DNA of 64,000 nt from assembly GCA_963621825.1 (NCBI GenBank), contig CAVFFP010000004.1, positions 71,718-135,717 of the forward strand, given 5' to 3'. The notes below the pieces were generated by a model. The model was not told the origin of the DNA, made no database searches, and saw nothing but the letters and a program-made list of their open reading frames with translations. The DNA is from a bacterium. Its GTDB lineage: Bacteria; Bacillota_I; Bacilli_A; RFN20; CAG-288. Of this stretch, positions 9,960 to 20,504 are shown in pieces; the first letter of the stretch is position 1, and each line of letters begins with the position of its first letter. The translations under genes were made by a program, and so were the position numbers.

Positions 9960-11360
9960 CTAGATGTTACCTAATACCGAGCTTGTGCTTTCTTCTCCCT
10001 TCTTTAAAATTTTTGGGAAGACAATCAAGAAAACAATAGTGGAAACAATGGCGGAAATGGCATCGGCGATCGGCTCAGCCAAAAATGCTGTCGTCGCATC
10101 ACTGGTGCAATATGGGATTAGAATGGTCAATGGAATGAGAAGAACAATCTTTCTGTTCAAAGATAACCATAAGGAGATATTCGCTTTTCCAAGACCGGTC
10201 AGTCCATCGACAAGGGTATACTGGAGAGTAAGGAGGATGATCGGCATCATATAGTAATGAATGTATTTGACGGAATGTTCGATGATGGTTTCCGCATTGG
10301 TGGCGGAGGAAGAGAAAGATAGGAACAAAGATGCAAAAGGCTTGGCGACAAAGAAGGAAAGAATAAAGCAGATAGCAGTGAAGATAAGTCCGCATGCTGT
10401 AATCTGTTTCTCCGCCTTTTTGACTAAGTCCATCTTCTTTGCACCGTAAAGATAGCCCAAAACAGGCTGAGTTCCCGAGGATATGCCTAAAAGCGGTCCT
10501 GTGACTAAAGAGAAGAATGCTTGAACGATAGTAGAACATTCGATATAGAAATCTCCGTTTCCGTTACCGAACTTCTGAAGGACGGCATTGAGAACAATGA
10601 CAATGACAGCATCGGTCGATAGAATGATGAAAGGAGAGATGCCGTATCTCATCATCCTGAGAATGACTTTGATGGAATATCCTTTGAAGGCGGGTTTGAT
10701 TCTCGCCTTTTTATAGATGAAGAACAGCGCTAATAAGAAAGAGAAGAACCAGGAGATAGAAGTCGCAATCGCTGCACCCTTAATGCCAAGATTGAAAACA
10801 AAAAGAAAGACCGGATCGAGAATGACATTCATGATGCTGGCAAAGATTGTACTTGCCATCGCATAACCGGAATATCCCTGAGACATCAGAAACTGAATGA
10901 GACCGATGGCTAAGAAGGCAAAAGGAACACCGATGAGATAATAGACCATGTATTCCTTTGCGTAGATGAAACTTTCTTCACTTGCGCCGAAGGTGTAAAG
11001 CATCGGTTTCAGACAAAGGTAGAAGATACCCATGATGACAAAGGAGAGGATGAATAAGGCAAGAAGGGCGTTTGAGAAGATTTTCTTGGCATCCTTATCG
11101 TTTTTCTGTCCTAGTGAGATGGAGAAAAGAGGAGCGCCGCCTAAAACGATGAGATAGGCAAAAGACGTGCATAATGTCGTAATCGGTGCACAGACACCAG
11201 CCCCGATAAGGGAAATGTTTCCGACTTCCGGAATGTTACCGATGTACATACGGTCGATGATGTTATATAACACTGTCGCAAGCTGAGATATCATCGCTGG
11301 TATCATCAGCCTTAATACGCTGTTTAATGTGTTAGAGGAACCTAAATCTAGTTTTTTCAT
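9960..11360 (-). CDS. MATE-family multidrug/oligosaccharidyl-lipid efflux transporter
   Basis: About 12 predicted TM helices with MATE-like composition. The ORF-track start at 11384 is a GTG codon; the ATG at 11360 (MKKLDLGSS...) is more plausible. Confidence 0.75.
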   Translation of the reverse strand: MKKLDLGSSNTLNSVLRLMIPAMISQLATVLYNIIDRMYIGNIPEVGNISLIGAGVCAPITTLCTSFAYLIVLGGAPLFSISLGQKNDKDAKKIFSNALLALFILSFVIMGIFYLCLKPMLYTFGASEESFIYAKEYMVYYLIGVPFAFLAIGLIQFLMSQGYSGYAMASTIFASIMNVILDPVFLFVFNLGIKGAAIATSISWFFSFLLALFFIYKKARIKPAFKGYSIKVILRMMRYGISPFIILSTDAVIVIVLNAVLQKFGNGNGDFYIECSTIVQAFFSLVTGPLLGISSGTQPVLGYLYGAKKMDLVKKAEKQITACGLIFTAICFILSFFVAKPFASLFLSFSSSATNAETIIEHSVKYIHYYMMPIILLTLQYTLVDGLTGLGKANISLWLSLNRKIVLLIPLTILIPYCTSDATTAFLAEPIADAISAIVSTIVFLIVFPKILKKGEESTSSVLGNI

Positions 11361-11487
11361 AATCAAGCCGATAGATTTTAGCACTTTATAGGATAAAGAG
11401 TAAGACGTGGAAAGCGATATCTATGTAACTTTTGAAATGTTTCAGTTTTCGATTTCTTTTTCGCTTCTCAGATGCTAGAATGAAGGC

Positions 11488-12153
11488 ATGAAAAAGCTAG
11501 GAATATTTCTGTTTTTATCGCTGTATCTAATGATATCTATCATCCACCTTTCCTTTTGTGCAAAGGATAACAGTCATATTGTAAGAAAAGTGACAAAACC
11601 GTTCCTTCTTTTATCCCTAGGTTTATCCCTTTGCTTTTATGTTCCGCAATATCCGTTGATTATCATCGCATGCTTTTTAGCATGTATTGGAGATATCCTG
11701 TTGATCTTTGAAAAGAGCAAAGTCCTTTTCATCATTGGTGCGACCGGTTTTGGTGCAAGCCATGTTTTGAATGTTTTGACACAGATTCAGATCATCGGAC
11801 ATCCCTTATCCTGGTGGATGTATCTACTTGTCTTTCTTCCTATCCCGTTATCTGGAATTCTTGGTTATTTGTTTATTCAACGAGAAACGTTCTCCTTATT
11901 CAAGTTCTCGTTCTCGATGTGTCATATCATCAATGTCATCTTTACTATTGTCATGATGGCTAGTGGAACCTTTGCAAGCGGAATGATGATCTTTTTCGGA
12001 TATCTTTCCTGTATCATAAGTGACATCATATTGGCAAAGAACCTTGGAAAAGAAGAAAAAGGTGACGTCAATTTTGCAATTATGCTCACATATCTTTTCG
12101 GACAGCTTCTGACCTACTTTGGCCTAGCGTTCGGTGTACTGAATGTATTCTAA
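11488..12153 (+). CDS. Integral membrane protein, YhhN-family-like (lysoplasmalogenase fold)
   Basis: 221 aa, about 7 TM helices. Motifs CIGDILLIF and GFGASHVLN resemble the YhhN-family GD and AxSH positions. Confidence 0.4.
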   Translation: MKKLGIFLFLSLYLMISIIHLSFCAKDNSHIVRKVTKPFLLLSLGLSLCFYVPQYPLIIIACFLACIGDILLIFEKSKVLFIIGATGFGASHVLNVLTQIQIIGHPLSWWMYLLVFLPIPLSGILGYLFIQRETFSLFKFSFSMCHIINVIFTIVMMASGTFASGMMIFFGYLSCIISDIILAKNLGKEEKGDVNFAIMLTYLFGQLLTYFGLAFGVLNVF

Positions 12154-12362
12154 ATTTTAAGGTTATATCAATGTTGCTGTTGTAAAAGTAAGCCCTTTCA
12201 TAACTTTGTGATATTTTGTATTTTTCTCGGTTTCATAGAAAAATATCAACTTTTTACAAAAAACATCGGATATAAGGATACTCTTGACAAAATAAGATAA
12301 AATTTCACTTTTCATTCTTTTCAATAAAACTTTATAATTTCTTTAGTAAGTGAGGATAAAAA

Positions 12363-15215
12363 ATGAAAAAGAACAAAACCATGCTTCTTGTCTCCCTTCT
12401 TGCTTTATTGGCAACGGGCTGTGGAACTGTGACTTCTAATGACACAACAGCAACGGACAGCACGAAAGAGACAGAGAAAAAGACAGAATCTACTGACGTC
12501 AAGACAACTGACTATTATTTAGCAGGAAACATTGATTTAGGAGCGGATTCTGAAAAGAAATTCTCTTATGATGACGCTACTAAGACTTATCAGTTGGAAG
12601 GTATCTCTTTAAAGAGAGGAGATGCCTTTGTCATACGTGGAAGTGAAGGATTGGCAACAATCAACTTTGATTCCTTGATTTCTCAGACAGGATTTGAAAA
12701 GGGAAATGGTAATTATATTTCTGTTCTCAATGAAGGCATCTATACCTTGACCATTCAGGAAGGTTCTTTGGTTTTAGTCAAGACAGGATCTAACTATCAC
12801 AGTGTTAAGGTGGTCTATGAAGACGGAAGAGAGTCTCTTGATTTTGTCATGCAGGATGATTTCACCTTCACCCTTTCCGATGCTCCTATCCGTTACCGTC
12901 AGAAGTTCTATATCGACTTAGATGGTGAGAAACTTGGCTTTGATAGTCTTGCTTTCAACGAAGCCTATTATAAAGCGTTCCGCTTTGATGATAATTCCAT
13001 CGAATCCATCAAAAAGGGAAATTATGATTTCACAATCGACTTCTCTTTGAAGCAGCCTCTTGTCATCAGCTCTGAAGAGATTCAGGATGAGAATACAGCA
13101 CCTGTTGATGGTGATGCCTACTATCGCTATATCAAGCAGTTTGATGATCAGTTTGCTTCTAAGGGAAGCAAGTTCACATTGACATCTGAAACGACAACCG
13201 GAGATACCGTCTCTAAGAAAGTTGTAGAGGAAACATTGGATCTCAATCAGCATTACATCCATAGCGAATCCTATACCTATTCCGCAGATCAGACAAAAGA
13301 CGATGCAATTACAGAAGAAAAAGGAAAAGAGAAAGCATCTATCGACAAGAAAGAGGCTGTCATCACCGATACAAACTATTATCAGATCGCAACCTATGAC
13401 GGAACCTCTACAAACAAGCCTAGTGTAGATGGTGCTATCCTTGCTGAGGATGATATGGAAGATGAAGTTACCGAGGCAGAAGAAAACACGATGGTCTATC
13501 TTGACAGAAAGTATGTCACAAAGGATCAGGCGTACTCCAACATGATTTCCTATCAGTCCGAATACAAAAACGTAAATAGTTATTTAAACTATATGCTCGG
13601 ACATGCGCATGTTTCCGGAAGCTCAACATTATCTGACCAGCAGATCAGAGACAATCTTCAGGTTGAATATGAATATGTAGGAGATATCGGCGATGAGATG
13701 AAGGTCACATTCACCAACTATGAAATGGTCTATGTTTCCTATGGCACCTCTTATTATGCTACGGATGAGTTACAGATCACTGTCTCCGAAGAAGGACTTA
13801 TTACTGATGGTGTCTACAGCGTCAATGTATACTCCGGAAAAGTCTTTGATGATGATAAGAAACCGGTTGAAAATCTTGATGCGTTCCTCACTAAATCCGA
13901 GAAACATACCTTCCATATGGACTATGAGGCCAGAAAAGAAGTCAGTGAATTTGAAATCTCCGTGGAAAAGAATGTCGCATCTGAGATCGAAGCAGTCACG
14001 GAAGAAAAGAATGTCTCTTCTAAGACAACGAGCCTTCAGGCCTCTGACTTCGGTATTCTTGCCGTAACTCCTGCTGCTCCTCTTGATATCGGTAACTTCA
14101 AGATCATGGCTTATGATTCTAAGTTCTTCACCGAGAACTATAACAAGTCCTTAAGCGGAAGAGGTGTTGTCGGAACAACGGTCATCACAATCGGTAACGA
14201 ATACAATATGGTCACTTGCGATGTCACTGTCAATCTCACCTATGAAGAATACACAAGCAATAGCCAGTTCGGTTCCTTATACTGCGACAACAAATCCTTC
14301 ACCGGTGGCTATGTCGATGAAACTTATGATTTGGTTTTGACTCCTTATGCAGGTTATGATCCTACGGATATTCAAATCACGGCATCCAGCGATGCTATCA
14401 CCATCTCGGATATGAACTCCGATGAGGATAAGAAGACCACAGGAAAGATTACATTCAAGCTCACTATGAATAGAGCGGAGAGCGGTGTCACATTGAATTT
14501 AGTCTCTAAGAGCAAACCGTCTATCTCTAAGTCCATCGCTTTGACAATCAGCGAACCTTGGACAACGGAGAAGGCTGCTGGTGTCTACTGCAACTCCTCT
14601 ATTTATAGCATTACGATGAGCGAAGTCGTTCTGAATTCCGATGGAACAGGAACGATGAAAGTCGGTACAAGCTTCACTTCCTATATAGAGCACTCTTTCC
14701 AGTATGCTATCGATGGGGCAGGTGCAATCAGCTTAGTCTCTTCCGATACGATCACAGAACTCTCTATATCCATGCAGACTTCGAAGTCTATCTCTGCTGA
14801 TAGTACAGGCAGTACAAAACTCGAACATAAAACACTCAAGGTATCTAAAGTAGTCATCGATGGTGAAAATAAGGCATCTGGATACAATAACACCTTCAAT
14901 CAGATTGCTCCGATATTCAATACTGCAAACTATGTCATCACAGACGATTCTGGTGTGACGTATACCTTTGTCAAATGCGAGATGAGTGAGTGGTATACAG
15001 GTGTCATCTACTTCACCGATGGTACAAAGACTAGCAAGTTTACAATGAAGACACCGAGCAGCGAATATTCTTCCTACGGATGCAATCCTACCAATTACTA
15101 CGAAGATAGCACAAGTTCTAGTTATACGAAATATTCAGGAACCTACACTTATACGTCTGGTGTCTATACTGTCACATTCGATTCTAAGAAGTTCATCTTC
15201 ACTCCTAGAAGCTAA
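12363..15215 (+). CDS. Large surface lipoprotein (950 aa), function unknown
   Basis: Signal peptide with lipobox LLATGCG. Ser/Thr/Asp-rich extracellular protein. Confidence 0.7.
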   Translation: MKKNKTMLLVSLLALLATGCGTVTSNDTTATDSTKETEKKTESTDVKTTDYYLAGNIDLGADSEKKFSYDDATKTYQLEGISLKRGDAFVIRGSEGLATINFDSLISQTGFEKGNGNYISVLNEGIYTLTIQEGSLVLVKTGSNYHSVKVVYEDGRESLDFVMQDDFTFTLSDAPIRYRQKFYIDLDGEKLGFDSLAFNEAYYKAFRFDDNSIESIKKGNYDFTIDFSLKQPLVISSEEIQDENTAPVDGDAYYRYIKQFDDQFASKGSKFTLTSETTTGDTVSKKVVEETLDLNQHYIHSESYTYSADQTKDDAITEEKGKEKASIDKKEAVITDTNYYQIATYDGTSTNKPSVDGAILAEDDMEDEVTEAEENTMVYLDRKYVTKDQAYSNMISYQSEYKNVNSYLNYMLGHAHVSGSSTLSDQQIRDNLQVEYEYVGDIGDEMKVTFTNYEMVYVSYGTSYYATDELQITVSEEGLITDGVYSVNVYSGKVFDDDKKPVENLDAFLTKSEKHTFHMDYEARKEVSEFEISVEKNVASEIEAVTEEKNVSSKTTSLQASDFGILAVTPAAPLDIGNFKIMAYDSKFFTENYNKSLSGRGVVGTTVITIGNEYNMVTCDVTVNLTYEEYTSNSQFGSLYCDNKSFTGGYVDETYDLVLTPYAGYDPTDIQITASSDAITISDMNSDEDKKTTGKITFKLTMNRAESGVTLNLVSKSKPSISKSIALTISEPWTTEKAAGVYCNSSIYSITMSEVVLNSDGTGTMKVGTSFTSYIEHSFQYAIDGAGAISLVSSDTITELSISMQTSKSISADSTGSTKLEHKTLKVSKVVIDGENKASGYNNTFNQIAPIFNTANYVITDDSGVTYTFVKCEMSEWYTGVIYFTDGTKTSKFTMKTPSSEYSSYGCNPTNYYEDSTSSSYTKYSGTYTYTSGVYTVTFDSKKFIFTPRS

Positions 15216-15226
15216 TCGTTAAACAT

Positions 15227-15324
15227 AAAAGCCTTGATGAATGTTCTCTATGTCTAGAACACACCTTCAAGGCTTTTCTTGTGCACTGAAAAAGCACCTT
15301 TCGTTTTTTGTGAAAGGTGCTTTT
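15227..15324. terminator. Two Rho-independent terminator hairpins between convergent lipoprotein genes
   Basis: aaaagccttga...tcaaggctttt followed by TTTTCTT (15227-15280). Perfect 13-bp stem aaaagcacctttc / gaaaggtgctttt (15290-15324) with T-runs on both strands. Confidence 0.6.
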
Positions 15325-15327
15325 AAT

Positions 15328-17016
15328 TTATTTATCTGTAAGAGAAGTTAAGAAACTATCCATGATAGGGGAAGAGGCTTTATTGAAATTCGTGTATGCG
15401 TACTTGCTGTACTGATAGGTAAGACTTCCGTTATAGGTGAATAATCCACCGATATTGGCGATAGAGGAATTTGGATTGCTTTCCGAATAGTCTAAGTGGA
15501 GAAGAATACCTGCACTCTTTAAGTTGCTATCTAACTCAAGATAGGAGGCGAAGAGTTCTTCTGTGATGCTAGCGCCGATAGGAGAGTAGGAAGCGAATTC
15601 ACCTGTGATGAGTGCTTCGCTGGTTTTCACCGATTCAAAGGTGTAGAAATCCGGTTCAAGCATCTCTAAGATCAAGGTGATGTTCTCATAGAACTCATAC
15701 CAATGACTATAGAATTTGCCCTGATCATTTAAGACGCGGCTACCTAATACGACATTGCCGTCTGTGATGGTGAACTCATAGCATCCATCTTCATATTCGG
15801 TCTTTCCATAGATATCGATGTATCCATGGGATACGAGCGGATTCTCGGTATAGGATTCTTTTGTTTCCTCGATATACTCATCGTTATACTGAACTAAGAC
15901 GTAGTTCTCCGTAAAGATTCCGCTTCCGATCGGGATAGTCTTATCCAAACCGGTATAGGTGCCTAAATCACGGACATAATTATGACTCTTGCTGAGTTCA
16001 TAAAGCTTTGTGATGTTGGAGTAAATTTCAGGATAAGCGGGAGTGTTGTTTTCTAAGTAGTTATCGATGACAGGGCATGTGCTCTCTTCGATGCTCTTGA
16101 TAGAGAGTGTGATAGTGGTCGCGATATCGATATCATCCTCTTCCTTTGTTCCAAAGCCGAGAGTTGCAGTAAAAGCGTATTCGTTAACGACAGTCATGTC
16201 TAAGGACACGATGCTCTTCTGCAATTCCGTCATGAAGTCAGTCTGTGTTTCTGACACAAACTGCGTTCCCATCAGGAAGTATAAGGCTTCTAAGTAAGTG
16301 ACAGCAGAAGAGGTAGTCATATCGTAAGTGTTGTCTTCTCTTAAATCCATCTGGTAATAGTTGCTAGAAAGAGTACTAAGACCATAATAGCTGCTAGTCA
16401 AGGCTACTGTCTGATTGCGAAGAATCATTGCATCATCGATTTCATCATTATCATTTGCAGTATAGCTGAACAATTTATCTTCGTAGTAACCGATGCCGCA
16501 GTTCTGAATGAAGTCCTTGTGATTCTCAGAATGATAATAGATTCCGTTAGAATAGACTTCATAGCTATAGGTAGGACTGGACATGCTATCGTAAGCGCCG
16601 CCATCTCCAGTGACAGTGACTTGATAGCTTCCTTTTGAGATACGGCCAACAACAGAGGACAAAGCCCAACTCTCTGTAATAGACATATCGAATTTTGCGG
16701 TATGTCCATTATAAGTGGCAGTGATGGTGACATCGCCTAAAGCGAGGCCTTTTACCATACCTTTTGTAGAGATAGTAGCGATTTTCTTGTTGGATGTCGA
16801 CCATTCCGGAGAGACGACACGTCCACCGATTGTACAGGTGAGAGTCGTATATTCACGGATGCCGATATGATTGATACCGGAGATTTCAAGTTCTTCCTGT
16901 TTCTCTCCGCTTTCCGTCGTTTCACTAGGAGCAGTAGTGCTCTCTGTTGTTTCAGAGCAGCCACTTGCAAGAAGCGCAAGAGATAAGAAGACAGGTAATA
17001 TTCTCTTTTTCATCAT
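15328..17016 (-). CDS. Surface lipoprotein with Big_2-like (bacterial Ig-like) domain
   Basis: Lipobox LLASGCS. The segment ISGINHIGIREYTTLTCTIGGRVVSPEWSTSNKKIATIS...GDVTITATYNGHTAKF resembles a Big_2 domain. Overlaps the upstream gene by 4 nt. Confidence 0.7.
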   Translation of the reverse strand: MMKKRILPVFLSLALLASGCSETTESTTAPSETTESGEKQEELEISGINHIGIREYTTLTCTIGGRVVSPEWSTSNKKIATISTKGMVKGLALGDVTITATYNGHTAKFDMSITESWALSSVVGRISKGSYQVTVTGDGGAYDSMSSPTYSYEVYSNGIYYHSENHKDFIQNCGIGYYEDKLFSYTANDNDEIDDAMILRNQTVALTSSYYGLSTLSSNYYQMDLREDNTYDMTTSSAVTYLEALYFLMGTQFVSETQTDFMTELQKSIVSLDMTVVNEYAFTATLGFGTKEEDDIDIATTITLSIKSIEESTCPVIDNYLENNTPAYPEIYSNITKLYELSKSHNYVRDLGTYTGLDKTIPIGSGIFTENYVLVQYNDEYIEETKESYTENPLVSHGYIDIYGKTEYEDGCYEFTITDGNVVLGSRVLNDQGKFYSHWYEFYENITLILEMLEPDFYTFESVKTSEALITGEFASYSPIGASITEELFASYLELDSNLKSAGILLHLDYSESNPNSSIANIGGLFTYNGSLTYQYSKYAYTNFNKASSPIMDSFLTSLTDK

Positions 17017-18743
17017 GCTAAGGATCCAGCAGAATCGGTTTCATAATCGGAAATCGTCTTGGAGAAGAACTTATTTCCGTTTGTGAAGCCATCACCGACT
17101 TCTGTATTACCGTTTACGAATGTATCGGCTTCAAAATAGAGATTGACAGTGCCAGTGGTAGCGTAGACGGTTCTGAAAGCGACAGAACCGATGCTTGTTA
17201 CAGACTTAGGAAGGAAGACGTAAGTTAACTTCGTGCAGCAGAAGAAGGCACTGTCTTTGATTGTAGTGACGCTATTAGGGATGAGGACTCTTCTCAGCTC
17301 AGAGCAGCTGTTGAAGGAACTGGTTCCAATCTCGAGGAGTGTCTCAGGGAGAGTGATTTCCATCATTGCGGAGCAACCCATGAAGCAAGTATCAGCGATA
17401 GTAGTAATCTTTGTCTTGGATAAGTCGAGAGTGGATAAAGAGGTGCATCCATTGAAGGCGGAGACACCGATCTTGGTGATGTTTTCACCTAAATCGATTG
17501 AGGTAAGAGCACGGCAGTTTGCGAATGTCTTATCACCGATCTCGGTGATTGCAGAAGGAATGTTGATGGACTTTAAGCTAGTGCAGGCATTAAAGGCTTC
17601 ACTTCCGAGTTCTGTGATAGACTCCGGAAGAGATAAGGTGGTAAGACCGACATCTCCTGCGAAGGCTCTTGAACCAACGCGAGTGATAGAGTTGTTCAAA
17701 GTGACGCTAGTGAGCTTGGAACAGTTCATGAAGCAGTCATCCGGAATTTCAGTATAAGTGCCTTTGATGGTGACATTGACAAGAGCGGAATCGTAATAGA
17801 AGAGACCTTTAGAAAGTTTTGTAAGGCTTTCCGGGAGGGTGACTTTCAAGATGGAAGTATTTTCGCTTAAAGCTAAATCTTCTACTTCTGTAAGTTGAGT
17901 CGCTTTATCAAGGGAAAGGCTTGTCAAAGATCTGACAGCAGCAATCGAACGATAGCCTAAATGCTTCAGATTGCTATCCTTGCTGATGGAGATTGCAGTG
18001 AGCACCGTATTTCCGTAGAAGGCGTAATCGGCAATGTACTCGACTTCGCTAGGAAGATCGAAAGAGGTGAAGTTCAATCCGGCAGGATAGACATAGAGAG
18101 TCTTTTTGTCGTTGCTATAAAGAACGTTGCTCTCCGTAAGGAAGTGTTCGCTTCCGCTAGCGACTTTGATCTTCTTGATGTTGAAATCGAGGTTGAAGAC
18201 ACCAGATCCTAATTTCTTCAAAGATTTCGGAAGGGTGATTGTAGTAAGGCTTGGGCAGTATTTGAAGGCGGAATCATCGATTTCCTCAAGTCCTTCCGGA
18301 AGGGTCAGCTCGTCGAGCTTACTGTCTGAGGAGAGACCTAAGAAGGCTTCTTTTCCGATCTTTCTCAAAGAGCGAGGAAGAGTGAGAGAGTCGATGGTCG
18401 AATAACGGAATGCGGCTTCTCCAATCTCTTTGACTGGTAATCCCTGGTAGATATCCGGAATGACAATGTCGTATTCGACTGAGAGGTAGTCTGTGACGAT
18501 ATAGTAAGATTCTGTCTCATCCAGAGTCATGACAATACCGCCGGTCATGTCCTCTTCCGGAATGATAGATTCTGATGTGGTATCTTTGCCAGTGGTATCG
18601 GTGTTAGTTGTATCGCTGACCTGATTATTACTAGTGGTAGGATTTGTGCTCTCTTTGTTTCCGCATGCGATTAAAGATAAGGAAAGGAGAGATAGTGCGA
18701 CAATTCCAAATTTCTTGTTTTTCATAATAATTGATCCTTTCAT
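17013..18743 (-). CDS. Surface lipoprotein with BspA-type leucine-rich repeats
   Basis: Lipobox LSLIACGN. Repeated units of the form LPESITELGSEAFNACTSLKSINIPSAITEIGDKTFANCRALTSIDL (LRR_5/BspA type). An alternative start at 18724 (MKNKKFG) has an AAAGGA RBS. Confidence 0.75.
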   Translation of the reverse strand: MKGSIIMKNKKFGIVALSLLSLSLIACGNKESTNPTTSNNQVSDTTNTDTTGKDTTSESIIPEEDMTGGIVMTLDETESYYIVTDYLSVEYDIVIPDIYQGLPVKEIGEAAFRYSTIDSLTLPRSLRKIGKEAFLGLSSDSKLDELTLPEGLEEIDDSAFKYCPSLTTITLPKSLKKLGSGVFNLDFNIKKIKVASGSEHFLTESNVLYSNDKKTLYVYPAGLNFTSFDLPSEVEYIADYAFYGNTVLTAISISKDSNLKHLGYRSIAAVRSLTSLSLDKATQLTEVEDLALSENTSILKVTLPESLTKLSKGLFYYDSALVNVTIKGTYTEIPDDCFMNCSKLTSVTLNNSITRVGSRAFAGDVGLTTLSLPESITELGSEAFNACTSLKSINIPSAITEIGDKTFANCRALTSIDLGENITKIGVSAFNGCTSLSTLDLSKTKITTIADTCFMGCSAMMEITLPETLLEIGTSSFNSCSELRRVLIPNSVTTIKDSAFFCCTKLTYVFLPKSVTSIGSVAFRTVYATTGTVNLYFEADTFVNGNTEVGDGFTNGNKFFSKTISDYETDSAGSLA

Positions 18744-20249
18744 TTATTCATGTGGAACGCAGAAGGAAGGGATGGTAGTTGTGTTGTAATCTTTGATTGT
18801 AGTTGTATAGGTACGTGTTGCGTAGACGGTCGTTGTGGAATCATCAAGATAGTAATTTCCAGTCAAAGAGTTTTCGAAATTCTTAAATGTTCCGTCCTTG
18901 TTCAGATTGATTGTGAAGTCACCGCTTGTCGGCTGATTGATGTATTCCTCAAAGGTGTTCATGGAAAGCATGGCAAGAGTTTTGTAAGTAGTATATGGAG
19001 TAAAGGAGTTGTCCAAGTTGTCTTTGAAGCATTCGACAGCAAGACTTCCGATCTTCGGCGCACAGTCGAGGAAGCTATCTCCGATTTCAGAGTCAGAGGA
19101 GATACCCCAATATTTCTTCAGTTCATCTTTTCTTACGAAAGCGTGAGTGTCATCCGCCATATAACGGTAGATGTAGGTCTTTCCGCCTTCAAACTGATAG
19201 GCGAGATTGTACTTGTATTCCGTATATTCGTCATCATCTGTTTCTGGAGCGATGAGACCGGTGAACTCATAGGTGTTATAGATGATCTGGTTTTCGAAAT
19301 CGACTAAGAATTCATAGGAGGTTCCACTAAGCTGAGAAACATCATAGCTGACATCGATATGCATGGTGTAGTTCTTCATATCGGTATTGTCATAGCGATA
19401 CGGTTTTAAAGCCTCAGAGAGAGTATCATGACCGTCTGTATGCTCTAAAGGCACGATTTCACGAGGCTCTGTCATTCCAAGGTCAGAAACATCGAGTTCG
19501 AACATGACACCTTCATAATAGTAGGTTCCATCATCTTCGCTGATTTCAAGCTCAAGGATGAAACGGAACTGATCGATTTCATCTCCGTTGAAATGGAGAG
19601 CGAACTCGCTGACAGTCGGAGTGTAATCATAATCTCCGTAATAAGGGTGACTTGGTGTATATCCAGGAAGTCCAGTAGTCTGATATCCAGTGAGATAGTA
19701 GACAATCTGGGAGGCGAGAGTGCTGTATTTTGTGGAAATGAGATACCAGTTCGGTTTTTCACGGATGGCGCTGAGGCATTCGACCTTCAGTTCACGGAAA
19801 GGTGTATCCATGACTTCCGCATATTTCTGAGAGGTCTTAGTCTCTACGATCTCATTGTCGAGAGGATTGAGCGTTCTTGAATAAAGGTAGCCGTCATCAC
19901 CGGCGAAGAAATTTTCTTCTGTTAAGGTTTCACCTGTGATGTAATCTGCCTCTGAATAATAGTAAGCAGTGGAATCGATCTCTGCGAGAACATCATACTC
20001 ATTTTGAGTATCATTGGTTCCGTCATAGGTCTGATGGCTGAGCTTTCCGGTCAAGGTGAAGCTTTGAGTGAGATCTTCTAATGCATAGGTGAGCTGCTCG
20101 TAAACATTCGGTTTTCTGCTGCTGGATGCGGATTCCGATTGTTTGTCGGTGGTTTCCTGAGAATCGATAGCAGAGTCACTGTTTGTGGTACCTTGACATG
20201 CACATAGTGCAAGCATTGTAAGTATCAACGGGATTTTGTTTTTCTTCAT
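18744..20249 (-). CDS. Lipoprotein (501 aa), function unknown; first gene of a three-gene lipoprotein operon
   Basis: Signal peptide MKKNKIPLILTMLALCACQG. AAAGGAGG RBS upstream. Its stop abuts the start of the next gene. Confidence 0.7.
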   Translation of the reverse strand: MKKNKIPLILTMLALCACQGTTNSDSAIDSQETTDKQSESASSSRKPNVYEQLTYALEDLTQSFTLTGKLSHQTYDGTNDTQNEYDVLAEIDSTAYYYSEADYITGETLTEENFFAGDDGYLYSRTLNPLDNEIVETKTSQKYAEVMDTPFRELKVECLSAIREKPNWYLISTKYSTLASQIVYYLTGYQTTGLPGYTPSHPYYGDYDYTPTVSEFALHFNGDEIDQFRFILELEISEDDGTYYYEGVMFELDVSDLGMTEPREIVPLEHTDGHDTLSEALKPYRYDNTDMKNYTMHIDVSYDVSQLSGTSYEFLVDFENQIIYNTYEFTGLIAPETDDDEYTEYKYNLAYQFEGGKTYIYRYMADDTHAFVRKDELKKYWGISSDSEIGDSFLDCAPKIGSLAVECFKDNLDNSFTPYTTYKTLAMLSMNTFEEYINQPTSGDFTINLNKDGTFKNFENSLTGNYYLDDSTTTVYATRTYTTTIKDYNTTTIPSFCVPHE

Positions 20250-20419
20250 AAGTCCTCCTTTGGATAATTTATGAATTATATAGTTTATAATTATAAATTA
20301 TAGATTATTCACACATTTAATATTTTATTGAAAACGAAAAAAGGAAAAAAGATAAAAATTAAACTTAATTCAAGAAAAATATAAAAAATATCTCAAAATG
20401 TATATCAACATTAAATGAA

Positions 20420-20456
20420 AATTGAAAGCTTCAAAAACTTGATAGCGCTTTCAATT
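20420..20456 (-). terminator. Possible terminator hairpin downstream of the 20505-21590 gene
   Basis: Inverted repeat aattgaaagc / gctttcaatt with a 17-nt loop and a T-run on the minus strand. Confidence 0.3.
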
Positions 20457-20504
20457 GAAGACGATTACACGATAAAAACGATGTGATTTTAGATTTCGTA
20501 TTCC

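Noticed and set aside
17233-19307. Antisense ORFs of 174 and 185 aa within the LRR and 501-aa lipoprotein genes
   Set aside because: Same reasoning: they sit opposite strongly supported coupled genes, with no start context and low-complexity translations.
20250-20504. 255-bp AT-rich non-coding stretch with poly-A tracts upstream of the lipoprotein operon
   Set aside because: Considered as a possible phase-variation (homopolymer slippage) region or small RNA. The A-tracts are short (6 or fewer) and not within a -35/-10 spacer. It is most simply the promoter/UP-element region plus the terminator of the upstream gene.
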